From IMG/VR virus record IMGVR_UViG_3300043399_000297, positions 180,023-244,022 of that record: a stretch of DNA of 64,000 bases. One strand, given 5' to 3'. Below are positions 48,260-56,679 of the stretch, in pieces. Within the stretch, counting starts at the first letter, position 1. Every line of letters begins with the position of its first letter. The notes under the pieces were generated by a model that worked only from the letters and a program-made list of their open reading frames with translations, made no database searches and was not told the origin of the DNA. Made by a program: the position numbers and the translations under genes.

Positions 48260-48736
48260 ATGTTTGAAAAATTAAAAAGATTTTTAGCACCTGAATTATA
48301 TGATATTGGTTCTGGAGGAAGTGGGGCACCACAACCTATACCTGAACCAGTCGTTGAAGAAAAGCCCAAAAAGCCGAGAAAGCCTCGTAAGCCAAAACCC
48401 AAGCCGGTTGAATTAACTGCTAAAGAAAAAGCTACTTTAGCAGGTGAACCCTATATCGCAATCTTGAGCGTTGATCTTGATCCTAAAGATATTAACAATG
48501 GATCATTTGAGCTTGATTGGAATGATAAGTTTGTCGTAAATCTTGTTAAGCAGGGATATAAGCTTAGCAATAGCGACACCGATGCTATGATCGTTGATCG
48601 TTGGTTCCAAACTGTTTGTCGCAATATTGCCCTTGAAGTGTATGAACAAGAGCAAGCTGATCCGGAAAAGCGTGATAGTGATTTGAGAATCATCCAGCAG
48701 CGTGATTTGGGTGATGGGTATACTGAGGTAAGTTAA
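48260..48736 (+). CDS. Hypothetical protein
   Basis: Pro/Lys-rich N-terminus; FELDWNDKFV. Confidence 0.75.
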   Translation: MFEKLKRFLAPELYDIGSGGSGAPQPIPEPVVEEKPKKPRKPRKPKPKPVELTAKEKATLAGEPYIAILSVDLDPKDINNGSFELDWNDKFVVNLVKQGYKLSNSDTDAMIVDRWFQTVCRNIALEVYEQEQADPEKRDSDLRIIQQRDLGDGYTEVS

Positions 48737-48748
48737 GGAAAGTTGATA

Positions 48749-49399
48749 ATGTCAGAAGTCCAAAGTCATGGTCTGTTATTTGAGAATGTAGTAATTGAGG
48801 CTATTACCGGGTTGTCTAAGGCTGAATATCAAAGACTGCTGCCAAATTCCTATACTAATTCAATGGATATTGCTAGAGGCTATCTAAGCGAGGTAGACAG
48901 ATCAATAAAGGCCACTAGCGGCTCCGGAGTAGGTTGCGGAGACATATTGCGGTTCCTACGCCATTGTAGAGATGACGATTTTGTTATGGTTGTAGGTATT
49001 TGGAAGCAGATCACACCTAAGCTGAAACTATATCACGAAATCTACGAATTTCAGTTTTCACCCAAGCATTATGCTACGTTGTTCGCAGATTTGACCGAAG
49101 AAACTTTGACACCGTTTGTGGAATATGTCAAGGCGATCCCATATGGTAGAGAGGGGCAGTTATCAAATCGTAAGGTCTGGAAGGAGCGGCGTTCTACAAT
49201 TTATGAGACATACGGTAAAGGTATAGTTGCTATTGATGCCAAGATCGATAGTAAAACACAGCGCAGAGTCCAATGTTCAGTAAAGATCAATGATTTGATT
49301 AGCTCTGACATACCCTTTAGTAAATACACTACTGATTATAAAGGAATAAGTTTACCATATGAGCAAGAAAGCACACCAAGAACGTTCTCGGGAGCTTGA
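48749..49399 (+). CDS. Putative restriction endonuclease-like (PD-(D/E)xK) protein
   Basis: HGLLFE..MDI..SIK pattern; overlaps an N6-adenine MTase gene. Confidence 0.45.
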   Translation: MSEVQSHGLLFENVVIEAITGLSKAEYQRLLPNSYTNSMDIARGYLSEVDRSIKATSGSGVGCGDILRFLRHCRDDDFVMVVGIWKQITPKLKLYHEIYEFQFSPKHYATLFADLTEETLTPFVEYVKAIPYGREGQLSNRKVWKERRSTIYETYGKGIVAIDAKIDSKTQRRVQCSVKINDLISSDIPFSKYTTDYKGISLPYEQESTPRTFSGA

Positions 49400-50201
49400 T
49401 CAGTTTTATACTGATCCTAAATACGCAGAACATTTCTACAATAAAATTAAGGAAGTAATAGATATAAGTGCAGCAGATATTCTTTTGGAGCCCTCGGCGG
49501 GAACAGGTAGCTTCTATAATCTCCTTGATGTCAACAAGCGGATTGGACTTGATTTAGAACCAAAGGCGGTAGGTGTTATACAGCAAGATTTCTTCTGGTG
49601 GAACGTCCCTAAAGACAAAAGTATTATTACACTTGGGAATCCTCCGTTCGGGAAAAATTCTAACCTAGCAATACAATTCTTCAATCGAGCAGCCATATTC
49701 AGTGATGCTATTGCGTTTGTCCTTCCGAGAACATTTAAGAAAGACAGTGTTATTAACCGTTTGGATAAAAATTTTCATCTTATATATGAGGAAATTGTTC
49801 CCGAAAATAGTTTTATCTTTAATGGAAATCCTTATAGCGTATGGTGTTGTGCCCAAGTATGGGTTAAGAAAGACGTAGTTCGTCCCAAAATTCAGACATT
49901 TTCTATTAAAGACGTATCTGAATGGTTCACTATCACTGAACCTGATGATGCCGACTTTTCTATTCAGCGCGTCGGCGGAAAAGCCGGTACCATTCGTACC
50001 GAAGAATTCAAGAGTTATAGTAGGCAAAGTCATTATTTCTTTAAACAACACGATTCAAGAGTCTTGGAAATTTTCAAGGGCATCGACTTTGATGAGGTTC
50101 GATATAACACAGCTGGAAACCCTTCAGTTAGCCCAAGTGAACTGGTTAAACTTTGGATAAAAAATGCCAAATTGGCTGGAATTATTAAAGATGCAGCTTG
50201 A
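49359..50201 (+). CDS. DNA amino (N6-adenine) methyltransferase
   Basis: DQFYT, LEPSAGTGSF (motif I), GNPPFG (motif IV). Confidence 0.85.
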   Translation: MSKKAHQERSRELDQFYTDPKYAEHFYNKIKEVIDISAADILLEPSAGTGSFYNLLDVNKRIGLDLEPKAVGVIQQDFFWWNVPKDKSIITLGNPPFGKNSNLAIQFFNRAAIFSDAIAFVLPRTFKKDSVINRLDKNFHLIYEEIVPENSFIFNGNPYSVWCCAQVWVKKDVVRPKIQTFSIKDVSEWFTITEPDDADFSIQRVGGKAGTIRTEEFKSYSRQSHYFFKQHDSRVLEIFKGIDFDEVRYNTAGNPSVSPSELVKLWIKNAKLAGIIKDAA

Positions 50202-50226
50202 CAACTGCTACTATATCGTGTAATAT
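50198..50226 (+). promoter_or_regulatory. Sigma70-type promoter
   Basis: TTGACA-N17-TAATAT. Confidence 0.6.
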
Positions 50227-50254
50227 GTCTATATATTAACAGACAGGATACCGC

Positions 50255-51256
50255 ATGAAATACGCACTTATTGACACTGCTAACACTTTCTTCCGCGCTC
50301 GGCACGTTGCTAATCGCAATACTGACACTTGGGAGAAGATTGGTATGGCATTGCATCTTACATTCTCATCAGTCAATATGATTGTGCGTAACTATGGCAT
50401 AGACCACGTTGTGTTCTGTCTTGAGGGTCGCAGTTGGCGTAAGGATTATTATCCCAGATATAAGGCTCATCGCAAGCTTGACGAAAGTGCGATGACGCAA
50501 AAAGAAGTTGAAGAAAATCAGATGTTCTGGGAAACGTATGATATCTTCACTACCTACCTGCGTGATAAGACTAATGCTAGCGTGTTGCGTTGTCCTAATG
50601 CAGAAGCAGACGACCTTATTGCTCGTTTCATTGACCTTCATCCCGATGATGAACATTATATCATTTCTAGCGACAGTGACTTTGTCCAGCTTATCAGTGA
50701 CAATGTGAAGCAGTATAATGGTGTTAGCAACCAGCTTATCACTAAAGATGGTTACTTCAATGATCGTGGTAAGCCTGTTAAGGACAAGAAGACTGGCGAG
50801 CATAAGTTGCTTGAGGATCCCGAGTATCTACTGTTCAAGAAGATCATTCGCGGTGACGCTACTGACAATGTGTTCAGTGCATATCCCGGCGCTCGTGAGA
50901 AGGGTTCTAAGAATACAGTAGGTATTCGTGAGGCTTTTGAGGACCGTAACAAGCAAGGGTTCAATTGGAATAACTTTCTGTTGCAGCGTTGGGTTGATCA
51001 CGATGGTATTGAGCATCGTGTTAAGGATGACTATGAGCGCAACCGCACACTAATTGATCTTCGCGCCCAGCCCGATGAAATCAAGGAGGCTGTTGACAAT
51101 GTGATCAAGGCTGAAGTTCGCACCAACATTAATTCAATGGTTGGCATTCATCTTATGAAGTTCTGCGGTAAGTATGAACTTACTCGTATCAGTGAGCAGG
51201 CTGAGACTTTCAGTAAGTGGCTGAATACATCATATAAGGGTGTTCTTAATGACTGA
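50255..51256 (+). CDS. rnh: RNase H / 5'-3' exonuclease (T4 rnh, FEN family)
   Basis: LIDTAN, WRKDYYPRYKAHR, EADDLI, SSDSDFVQL, GDATDNV. Confidence 0.88.
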   Translation: MKYALIDTANTFFRARHVANRNTDTWEKIGMALHLTFSSVNMIVRNYGIDHVVFCLEGRSWRKDYYPRYKAHRKLDESAMTQKEVEENQMFWETYDIFTTYLRDKTNASVLRCPNAEADDLIARFIDLHPDDEHYIISSDSDFVQLISDNVKQYNGVSNQLITKDGYFNDRGKPVKDKKTGEHKLLEDPEYLLFKKIIRGDATDNVFSAYPGAREKGSKNTVGIREAFEDRNKQGFNWNNFLLQRWVDHDGIEHRVKDDYERNRTLIDLRAQPDEIKEAVDNVIKAEVRTNINSMVGIHLMKFCGKYELTRISEQAETFSKWLNTSYKGVLND

Positions 51257-51545
51257 ATTCACTTGTAAATCTTGTATTCATTCTCGTTGCAGCAAGTTAG
51301 CTACATTCTTTAGCTATCTGATGGAATGGAAAGGCCCGGAGTCACATTGGTACAAGTGTGCTAAATCTTTTAGTCCCGCCCACGAAATTAGCCATCCGGT
51401 TGTGGGTACTCAAAAGGTTAAGGCCAAAATGGATTATTGTGAAGTATATCGCAATCACGGTAAATGTGGTCCCGATGCTAAATACTGGGCTCCTAAGAAA
51501 AAGAAAGATTTATTCAAAATGCTAACAAAGGAATACAATGACTGA
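51249..51545 (+). CDS. Cys-rich hypothetical protein
   Basis: CKSCIH..C..C..CGP. Confidence 0.65.
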   Translation: MTEFTCKSCIHSRCSKLATFFSYLMEWKGPESHWYKCAKSFSPAHEISHPVVGTQKVKAKMDYCEVYRNHGKCGPDAKYWAPKKKKDLFKMLTKEYND

Positions 51546-51723
51546 CAAGACTGAAAAAGCCCTCAAGCTTTATGATATTGTAGAACAATTCATTGAAGAT
51601 CAGGATATTTGGGGCGAGGAAAGCGTTTATCAATGCGACCGGGTAATTGAAAACGCATATGATTTTATTGCCCAACTATGCGATATCGTAGGATACCGAG
51701 AATTGGAGCCTGAGGATGACTGA
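51538..51723 (+). CDS. Hypothetical protein
   Basis: 61 aa, AAGGA SD. Confidence 0.65.
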   Translation: MTDKTEKALKLYDIVEQFIEDQDIWGEESVYQCDRVIENAYDFIAQLCDIVGYRELEPEDD

Positions 51724-52171
51724 ATTAGTAGCAAAACCAATCGTTAAAAACCAATTTTGGATCGTCACTGATGGTCACAAGAAAGTAGGTAATATTGAAG
51801 CAAACAATGCTGGTTATGGGGTGCAATTGAACGGAAATTTCCTGCAATTCAACAACACCGATGATCTAAAGAAAACCACAAAAATTAAGTTTGAGAGTAT
51901 TTCAGATACTATCAGCAAACCTACTCATCCATATCCAGAGTATCCTACTACGAAACGAGTATATAACAGTATACTTGATATTCAGCGTGGATTGCATCTG
52001 TTCACTAAAACTAAAAAGAGCAAGTGCCTTCACGCAGCCGGATATTATGTTATGGAGCAGAATAATGTTAAGCAAGTATTATTCTGTCCCAAGTATATCT
52101 TCATTCAGCGGTATCCATATCAAGGACCTTTTAAAACTGAATCAGAAGCACAGGCAGTGATAAATACTTGA
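51716..52171 (+). CDS. Hypothetical protein
   Basis: 151 aa, GAGG SD. Confidence 0.75.
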   Translation: MTELVAKPIVKNQFWIVTDGHKKVGNIEANNAGYGVQLNGNFLQFNNTDDLKKTTKIKFESISDTISKPTHPYPEYPTTKRVYNSILDIQRGLHLFTKTKKSKCLHAAGYYVMEQNNVKQVLFCPKYIFIQRYPYQGPFKTESEAQAVINT

Positions 52172-52377
52172 TGTTACATATTAAGCGTTTCATTGATAAG
52201 ATGGCTGTTGTAGAATCCAAGATGAATAAGGATGTGGTTCTGCCTATTAATGATGCTCGGGGATTACGTGACGATATCACTAGGTTGCTTGCTGATTTAC
52301 AAGAATTGAATGATAACTCAAAAAACAAAAACGATGACGTAATACAGATTGAAATTAAAGGCGGAACATTTAAATGA
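52171..52377 (+). CDS. Hypothetical protein
   Basis: GATAAATA just upstream. Confidence 0.7.
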   Translation: MLHIKRFIDKMAVVESKMNKDVVLPINDARGLRDDITRLLADLQELNDNSKNKNDDVIQIEIKGGTFK

Positions 52378-52673
52378 GCAGAACACAGCCAACTGTGTTG
52401 CTAGAATATGTTGATAAGAAAACATATAAGTGCGACCAAATTGTGGAGGCAGCAGGAATCTGGGCTGTGTTCTATGATGACCAGCCTATCAATCTCAAAT
52501 CAAGTCATTATCTTGCTAATGATGCTGCACCTAAATATAAGAAAACTAGTTTTTCTAATCCTGGACATGCAAGAAATCTATGTCGCAAGTTGAACGCACA
52601 GTTTAAAACTGATAAGTTCACTGTTGTCTTTATGAACTCGGGTAGAACAGTCTATCCTGATGACCTATCCTAA
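52374..52673 (+). CDS. Hypothetical protein
   Basis: 99 aa, ATGA overlap. Confidence 0.75.
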   Translation: MSRTQPTVLLEYVDKKTYKCDQIVEAAGIWAVFYDDQPINLKSSHYLANDAAPKYKKTSFSNPGHARNLCRKLNAQFKTDKFTVVFMNSGRTVYPDDLS

Positions 52674-53061
52674 AACCAAGACTGATATAATCAAACTCAT
52701 ACTTGATGAAGCCAAGGATAACCCAGACTTTCCTTGGAAGGATGTAGCGTCGGATAAGCTGATCTTTGACTGGTTTGTTACCGGCAGAGCAGGATCAGGA
52801 CTAAGACTTACTGATGCAGGAGCTAAAGCATTTGAGACTGCAAAGATAGCGCACTATGACTTTGACTTCACCCCTCCTAACAATACTAAGGGCGCTGCTA
52901 ACTGGGGAAGATATACTCTCATACTTGACAAAAAGGTCAAATGCCCTTACTATGTTGGCGTGGGTAAGAAACAACCTTACATTAGATTATACGACCATCG
53001 TACTGCGATGATGTTAACTCTTTATGGAGACCTTGAGAGTTATTTGGAATCTGTCAAGTGA
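52660..53061 (+). CDS. Hypothetical protein
   Basis: 133 aa; GLRLT..G pattern suggests a winged helix. Confidence 0.7.
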   Translation: MTYPKTKTDIIKLILDEAKDNPDFPWKDVASDKLIFDWFVTGRAGSGLRLTDAGAKAFETAKIAHYDFDFTPPNNTKGAANWGRYTLILDKKVKCPYYVGVGKKQPYIRLYDHRTAMMLTLYGDLESYLESVK

Positions 53062-53653
53062 CACGGTGCTTACAGCTATCACCGTGAAACCTAGTATAGT
53101 TTCCTCTCCCTTTGCCAATTTTACCACAATGTGGACAGGTCCACATTATTTGACTAGGTGCATGTGGCCCTGCAAATGGATGATTGCCGTTCTGTAATTG
53201 AGTATACACTGGGTTGGAATTACCGATAAAATGATGAGAGCCGCTTGCTAGTCGTCTTTGTGTAGTTGCTCTACTAATCTCGCCGCCCAGAAACGGATGA
53301 GTCCCTTCGATCACTCGTTTCTGACCGCTTCTGCGTTGAATCTCTCCTCCCAAAAAGTTATGAGTTCCGTTTTTTACCTGCTCTTTTGCGTTCCGACTAG
53401 CCAGGTCTGATATTTCTTTTGCAGTTAGTCCTAGTTTAAAACTCAGACGATGGCAGGCAGCCCAGTCACCTTGTGAATAATGAATGTCGTAATGCTCCTG
53501 CATTGATACTGCTTTGAGGTTTAAGGGAGAGTTATTTGAACGGTCGCCGTCGATATGATGAATATCATATGACCGACCTTGGTCATCTTTGGGAATAGGA
53601 CCATAGTGGTTTTCGTATATTTTGCGGTAATTGGTTTTTCTATAAATAGTCAT
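53054..53653 (-). CDS. HNH endonuclease with GTHPF repeats
   Basis: YDIHHIDGDRSNNSPLNL..EHYDIH; repeats NGTHNFLGG/EGTHPFLGG; CPHC..FHGDSCK. Confidence 0.85.
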   Translation of the reverse strand: MTIYRKTNYRKIYENHYGPIPKDDQGRSYDIHHIDGDRSNNSPLNLKAVSMQEHYDIHYSQGDWAACHRLSFKLGLTAKEISDLASRNAKEQVKNGTHNFLGGEIQRRSGQKRVIEGTHPFLGGEISRATTQRRLASGSHHFIGNSNPVYTQLQNGNHPFAGPHAPSQIMWTCPHCGKIGKGRGNYTRFHGDSCKHRVT

Positions 53654-53722
53654 CGCTGATGCTCCTTGTAAGCGTTAGAGTAGTTGGGAACGCCAATTCC
53701 GCGAACTACATCTTTATTTATC
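53641..53722. ncRNA. Conserved two-hairpin element copy D between convergent late promoters
   Basis: +TATAAATA 53641-53648; CTGATGCT-ccttgta-AGCGTTAG; GTAGTT-G-GGAA-cgccaa-TTCC-gCg-AACTAC; -GATAAATA 53715-53722. Confidence 0.75.
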
Positions 53723-53811
53723 ATTTACCCAAAATCGTTTACTTTTATAGTACTAGCATGTATAAATAAATATGCGGAACTTAGTTCCGTTAACACACAC
53801 GGAGAAAAAAT

Positions 53812-54090
53812 ATGTTTAAGATGATGATTAATAATACCACTGATATTGTGGAAACCTCAAAGAGAATGTATATTGATACGTTCTTCAAGCACGAAGGTCT
53901 GAATAAGGCTTTTCACGATTTTGTTAATGCACAGTCAGAATATACAAGAAAAGCCATTGACACTATGTTTAAAGCAGGTGATGATGTAACTAAGATTGTT
54001 ACTGACAAACAGTTTTATACACAGTCTTATAATGATATCAAGAATCGTTTTAAGAGAGATAAGACAGATACACAGAAGAAGGGAAAGTAA
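53812..54090 (+). CDS. Helical hypothetical protein (possibly phasin-like)
   Basis: TATAAATA, small 5' hairpin, GGAG SD; amphipathic helices. Confidence 0.55.
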   Translation: MFKMMINNTTDIVETSKRMYIDTFFKHEGLNKAFHDFVNAQSEYTRKAIDTMFKAGDDVTKIVTDKQFYTQSYNDIKNRFKRDKTDTQKKGK

Positions 54091-54091
54091 A

Positions 54092-54187
54092 ATGCAGACA
54101 GAGAACATTGTTTTAGTATCGCGCGGACTTGCCGCAACCGTTTTAATCGGTATGGGCTTTTTGTTTTGCGCATTGTTTGGAATTTAA
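54092..54187 (+). CDS. 31-aa membrane peptide
   Basis: MQTENIVLVSRGLAATVLIGMGFLFCALFGI*. Confidence 0.45.
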   Translation: MQTENIVLVSRGLAATVLIGMGFLFCALFGI

Positions 54188-54197
54188 GGATTATACT

Positions 54198-54467
54198 ATG
54201 AATGAGAATAAGATTCCGGGAATGCCCGAAATTAAGTTTAACAAGAATGGATATGAGATTCGTTCTGATATTTTGGGCCTCGCCAACAAGCTGGTTCTTG
54301 AGGAATACAAGATGAAATTCGCTGGATGGGAAATGACTCAGTACCGTGATCCAGAAACCAAGCAAGTTGTTGCTAAGGTTGATATGCCAGAATTTCCGGG
54401 TCTTGAAAAGGTCCTAGAGACCGCTCAAAAAATGTATGATTTTGTAAATCAGAATCCAAAAAAGTAA
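54198..54467 (+). CDS. Hypothetical protein
   Basis: AAGGA SD; KNGYEIRSDIL..AQKMYDFV. Confidence 0.75.
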   Translation: MNENKIPGMPEIKFNKNGYEIRSDILGLANKLVLEEYKMKFAGWEMTQYRDPETKQVVAKVDMPEFPGLEKVLETAQKMYDFVNQNPKK

Positions 54468-54476
54468 AATAAACGG

Positions 54477-54532
54477 TTGACAAAAGGTCTCCTTGGAGCT
54501 ATATTCTAATATAGCTTCTAAGGAGATTTTTT
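54477..54532 (+). promoter_or_regulatory. Sigma70 promoter nested in a terminator-like hairpin
   Basis: TTGACA-N17-TATATT; TCTCCTTGGAGCTATATT / AATATAGCTTCTAAGGAGA followed by a T-run. Confidence 0.6.
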
Positions 54533-54713
54533 ATGTTTACGGATATCTTAAAAATTAATGCTGAACGTAAAATGGATAAGTTTGACCGGCTTTCTCCTGA
54601 GTGGCGAGAGTTAGTTCGTGAATAATAATCGTTTCCCCGAACACAACGAATCCGTTGAAAATTATCTGTACCGTGTTCGTGTTGTGAATGTTGCGGATAG
54701 GAGCCTGATCTAA
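54533..54713 (+). pseudogene. Small ORF interrupted by a 1-nt frameshift (or an intact 30-aa ORF)
   Basis: MFTDILK..RELVRE* stops at 54623; the +1 frame continues NRFPEHNES..RSLI* to a TAATG overlap at 54711-54715. Confidence 0.4.
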
Positions 54714-54937
54714 TGACTCGTGAAGAAGCTATGAAGCCCTTGGGCTCAGGGGAAGCACGTTTTCCCTGCTCAGCCGGCGCTCTCCTCCGTGGCCAAGTCC
54801 GCAATGCTGCTATAATGTATGGCGTAGACTACTATGAAGAAAAAGGTTGGCTTGAGTCAACTTTTATCTTGCGTGGCGATGCATTTCGTGTTATTAAACT
54901 TCAGCGGGCACTTAAAGCTCAGCTTGGAGATGACTAA
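54713..54937 (+). CDS. Hypothetical early protein
   Basis: AGGAG SD, TAATG coupling. Confidence 0.7.
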   Translation: MTREEAMKPLGSGEARFPCSAGALLRGQVRNAAIMYGVDYYEEKGWLESTFILRGDAFRVIKLQRALKAQLGDD

Positions 54938-55122
54938 TGCAACGATATATCACAGTATGGCGTAAGGCGACGCCCGACAATGTCCTTGATTGGGATCATT
55001 ATGTCAGCTTCGATCTTGACGATGTTGCTACTGTTGTAGAGAACATCAAGAAGCAGGGTGTGCATCAGTATCACACCTATCCAATCGGCGATGTAATTCC
55101 TGAATATTCATCGGAGTATTGA
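54937..55122 (+). CDS. Hypothetical early protein
   Basis: TAATG coupling. Confidence 0.7.
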   Translation: MQRYITVWRKATPDNVLDWDHYVSFDLDDVATVVENIKKQGVHQYHTYPIGDVIPEYSSEY

Positions 55123-55331
55123 CAATGGATAAGGAAGATTTTGTCAACTATGTTCTCTCCTTCTATAACGGTAAGGATGGTGTCTACAAGGATGTTGATG
55201 CTACTTATCACGAAGTAGTTGACGCTACCCGTAAGCTTGAATATATGTATCGTAGTCACGGTGATCAGCCTGTCTATGATAGCATTGACCGAGAGCGTGT
55301 TCGTGACTTTATACTGGAGTCTAGGAAGTGA
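55119..55331 (+). CDS. Hypothetical early protein
   Basis: GGAG SD; overlaps the previous stop. Confidence 0.7.
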   Translation: MTMDKEDFVNYVLSFYNGKDGVYKDVDATYHEVVDATRKLEYMYRSHGDQPVYDSIDRERVRDFILESRK

Positions 55332-55510
55332 GTCTTAAAATCTTATACCTGTCTGCTGCTGTTGCACAGTTGGTAATTTTCTTCCTCATTGGCTGTTTTT
55401 ATCTAGGGGTTAATGTGGTAGTCGCTGGTTTATCGGGCGCTATTTTTGCTTATATTTTGGCTCTAGTAACTGTTAAATTGAATCTTTTTGGAGTTAGAAA
55501 TGAAGTATAA
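55328..55510 (+). CDS. Small two-TM membrane protein
   Basis: Two hydrophobic stretches. Confidence 0.6.
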   Translation: MSLKILYLSAAVAQLVIFFLIGCFYLGVNVVVAGLSGAIFAYILALVTVKLNLFGVRNEV

Positions 55511-55658
55511 AGAAATCACACTGCCGGGCGGTATCTTTCGTCAGTATGAGGACCGTCCTAATGTTTGGGTTCAGGTTCTGGAGGAAGGTGAAAAGAGCCT
55601 GGTTGACAAGATCGTAGATGCCTTTGAGTCCGGGCGTGTTAAAAAGGATAATAACTAA
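55500..55658 (+). CDS. 52-aa protein not in the ORF track
   Basis: GGAG SD; MKYKEITLPGGIFRQYEDRP...DNN*. Confidence 0.6.
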   Translation: MKYKEITLPGGIFRQYEDRPNVWVQVLEEGEKSLVDKIVDAFESGRVKKDNN

Positions 55659-55681
55659 TTACGGTACTACTGATTAAATAA

Positions 55682-56623
55682 TTGATGACTATACGAACCT
55701 GGTATGTTGGAAAAAACAACTATAAAAAGTTAACGCTTGAATCCATCAGTGAAAATGAAAACTTGTTCACTATGGAATTTCTTGATGTTGATTGTGAAAA
55801 TTTCCCAAATGGTATAGATGCTTTAGCATCTAATATACCTGACATAAAAAAGTCAGCAGAAGTATTATATAGTGGTGGTCTTGATAGTGAGGCCACCATT
55901 GTATCTTGTTTAAAACACAACATTCCTGTTATTGCAGTAACTATGAAGTTAATGTATAAAGGTAGCCCCTTTAATACGCACGATTTATATTATGCTGAAA
56001 AATTTTGCAGAGAACATAACGTTAGACAAGTTTTCTATGAATTGGATGTTGAAAATTTTTTCACAAACGGAGATCACGTACCATATATGGAGCCATATGG
56101 TATAACTTATACTATGGTCCCTACACATATGTGGTTGATACAGCAGTGTCACAATTTCCCAATCATTGGCGGAGATTATAGTTGGCCGCAAACTGAAATC
56201 AATAAACCACAATATAGCCCGCATAGGCACGAATTTGCGTTTTATGATATTTTTATGCGAGAACAAGGCATACCTGGAATAGGCAATATGCTTAGTCATA
56301 GTTTAGAGTCAAACTTGTTCTTTATCAAAGAGCATATTAAACTTGTATCTGAAAACCCGTTTGATATGGGAGGAGATAACCTACGTATCAAAAACTTAAA
56401 ACATCAAATGCTATACAATCTAGGGTTTGGTCGTTTGGAACTAAGACACAAAAGTCACGGTTGGGAAAATATCACGATGTTAAAAGATTGGTTTGATGGT
56501 GTTAAAATCAAAAAAGATATGGAAGAGCTATGCGGTACAACAGCTAGTATCATTAAATGGAATACTAGTATGGGTAGAATGTTGGGCGTTGAGCCCGGAA
56601 AAAATGACAATTTTGGAATTTAA
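55682..56623 (+). CDS. PP-loop (adenine nucleotide alpha-hydrolase-like) protein
   Basis: VLYSGGLDSE..IIGGD; lacks the QueC C-terminal Cys cluster. Confidence 0.6.
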   Translation: MMTIRTWYVGKNNYKKLTLESISENENLFTMEFLDVDCENFPNGIDALASNIPDIKKSAEVLYSGGLDSEATIVSCLKHNIPVIAVTMKLMYKGSPFNTHDLYYAEKFCREHNVRQVFYELDVENFFTNGDHVPYMEPYGITYTMVPTHMWLIQQCHNFPIIGGDYSWPQTEINKPQYSPHRHEFAFYDIFMREQGIPGIGNMLSHSLESNLFFIKEHIKLVSENPFDMGGDNLRIKNLKHQMLYNLGFGRLELRHKSHGWENITMLKDWFDGVKIKKDMEELCGTTASIIKWNTSMGRMLGVEPGKNDNFGI

Positions 56624-56626
56624 CAC

Positions 56627-56655
56627 TTGACATAGGTTACCCAAAATGCTATAAC
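56627..56655 (+). promoter_or_regulatory. Sigma70-type promoter
   Basis: TTGACA-N17-TATAAC with TGC extension. Confidence 0.7.
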
Positions 56656-56679
56656 AAATATATAGCAAGGAGATATCAG

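Noticed and set aside
4881-53653. Endonucleases as group I intron-encoded ORFs
   Set aside because: Flanking genes look complete, most nucleases are antisense and abut neighbouring stops, leaving no room for an intron core
5553-53709. Four-copy element as a CRISPR repeat, tRNA, hammerhead or fluoride riboswitch
   Set aside because: Copies are dispersed rather than arrayed; no cloverleaf/TTC loop; CTGAT is not followed by the GA...GAAA hammerhead core; only superficial GCTGATG similarity to the fluoride aptamer
55682-56623. queC call
   Set aside because: Has SGGLDS but lacks the C-terminal Zn-binding Cys cluster and is not in the que cluster; kept as a generic PP-loop protein
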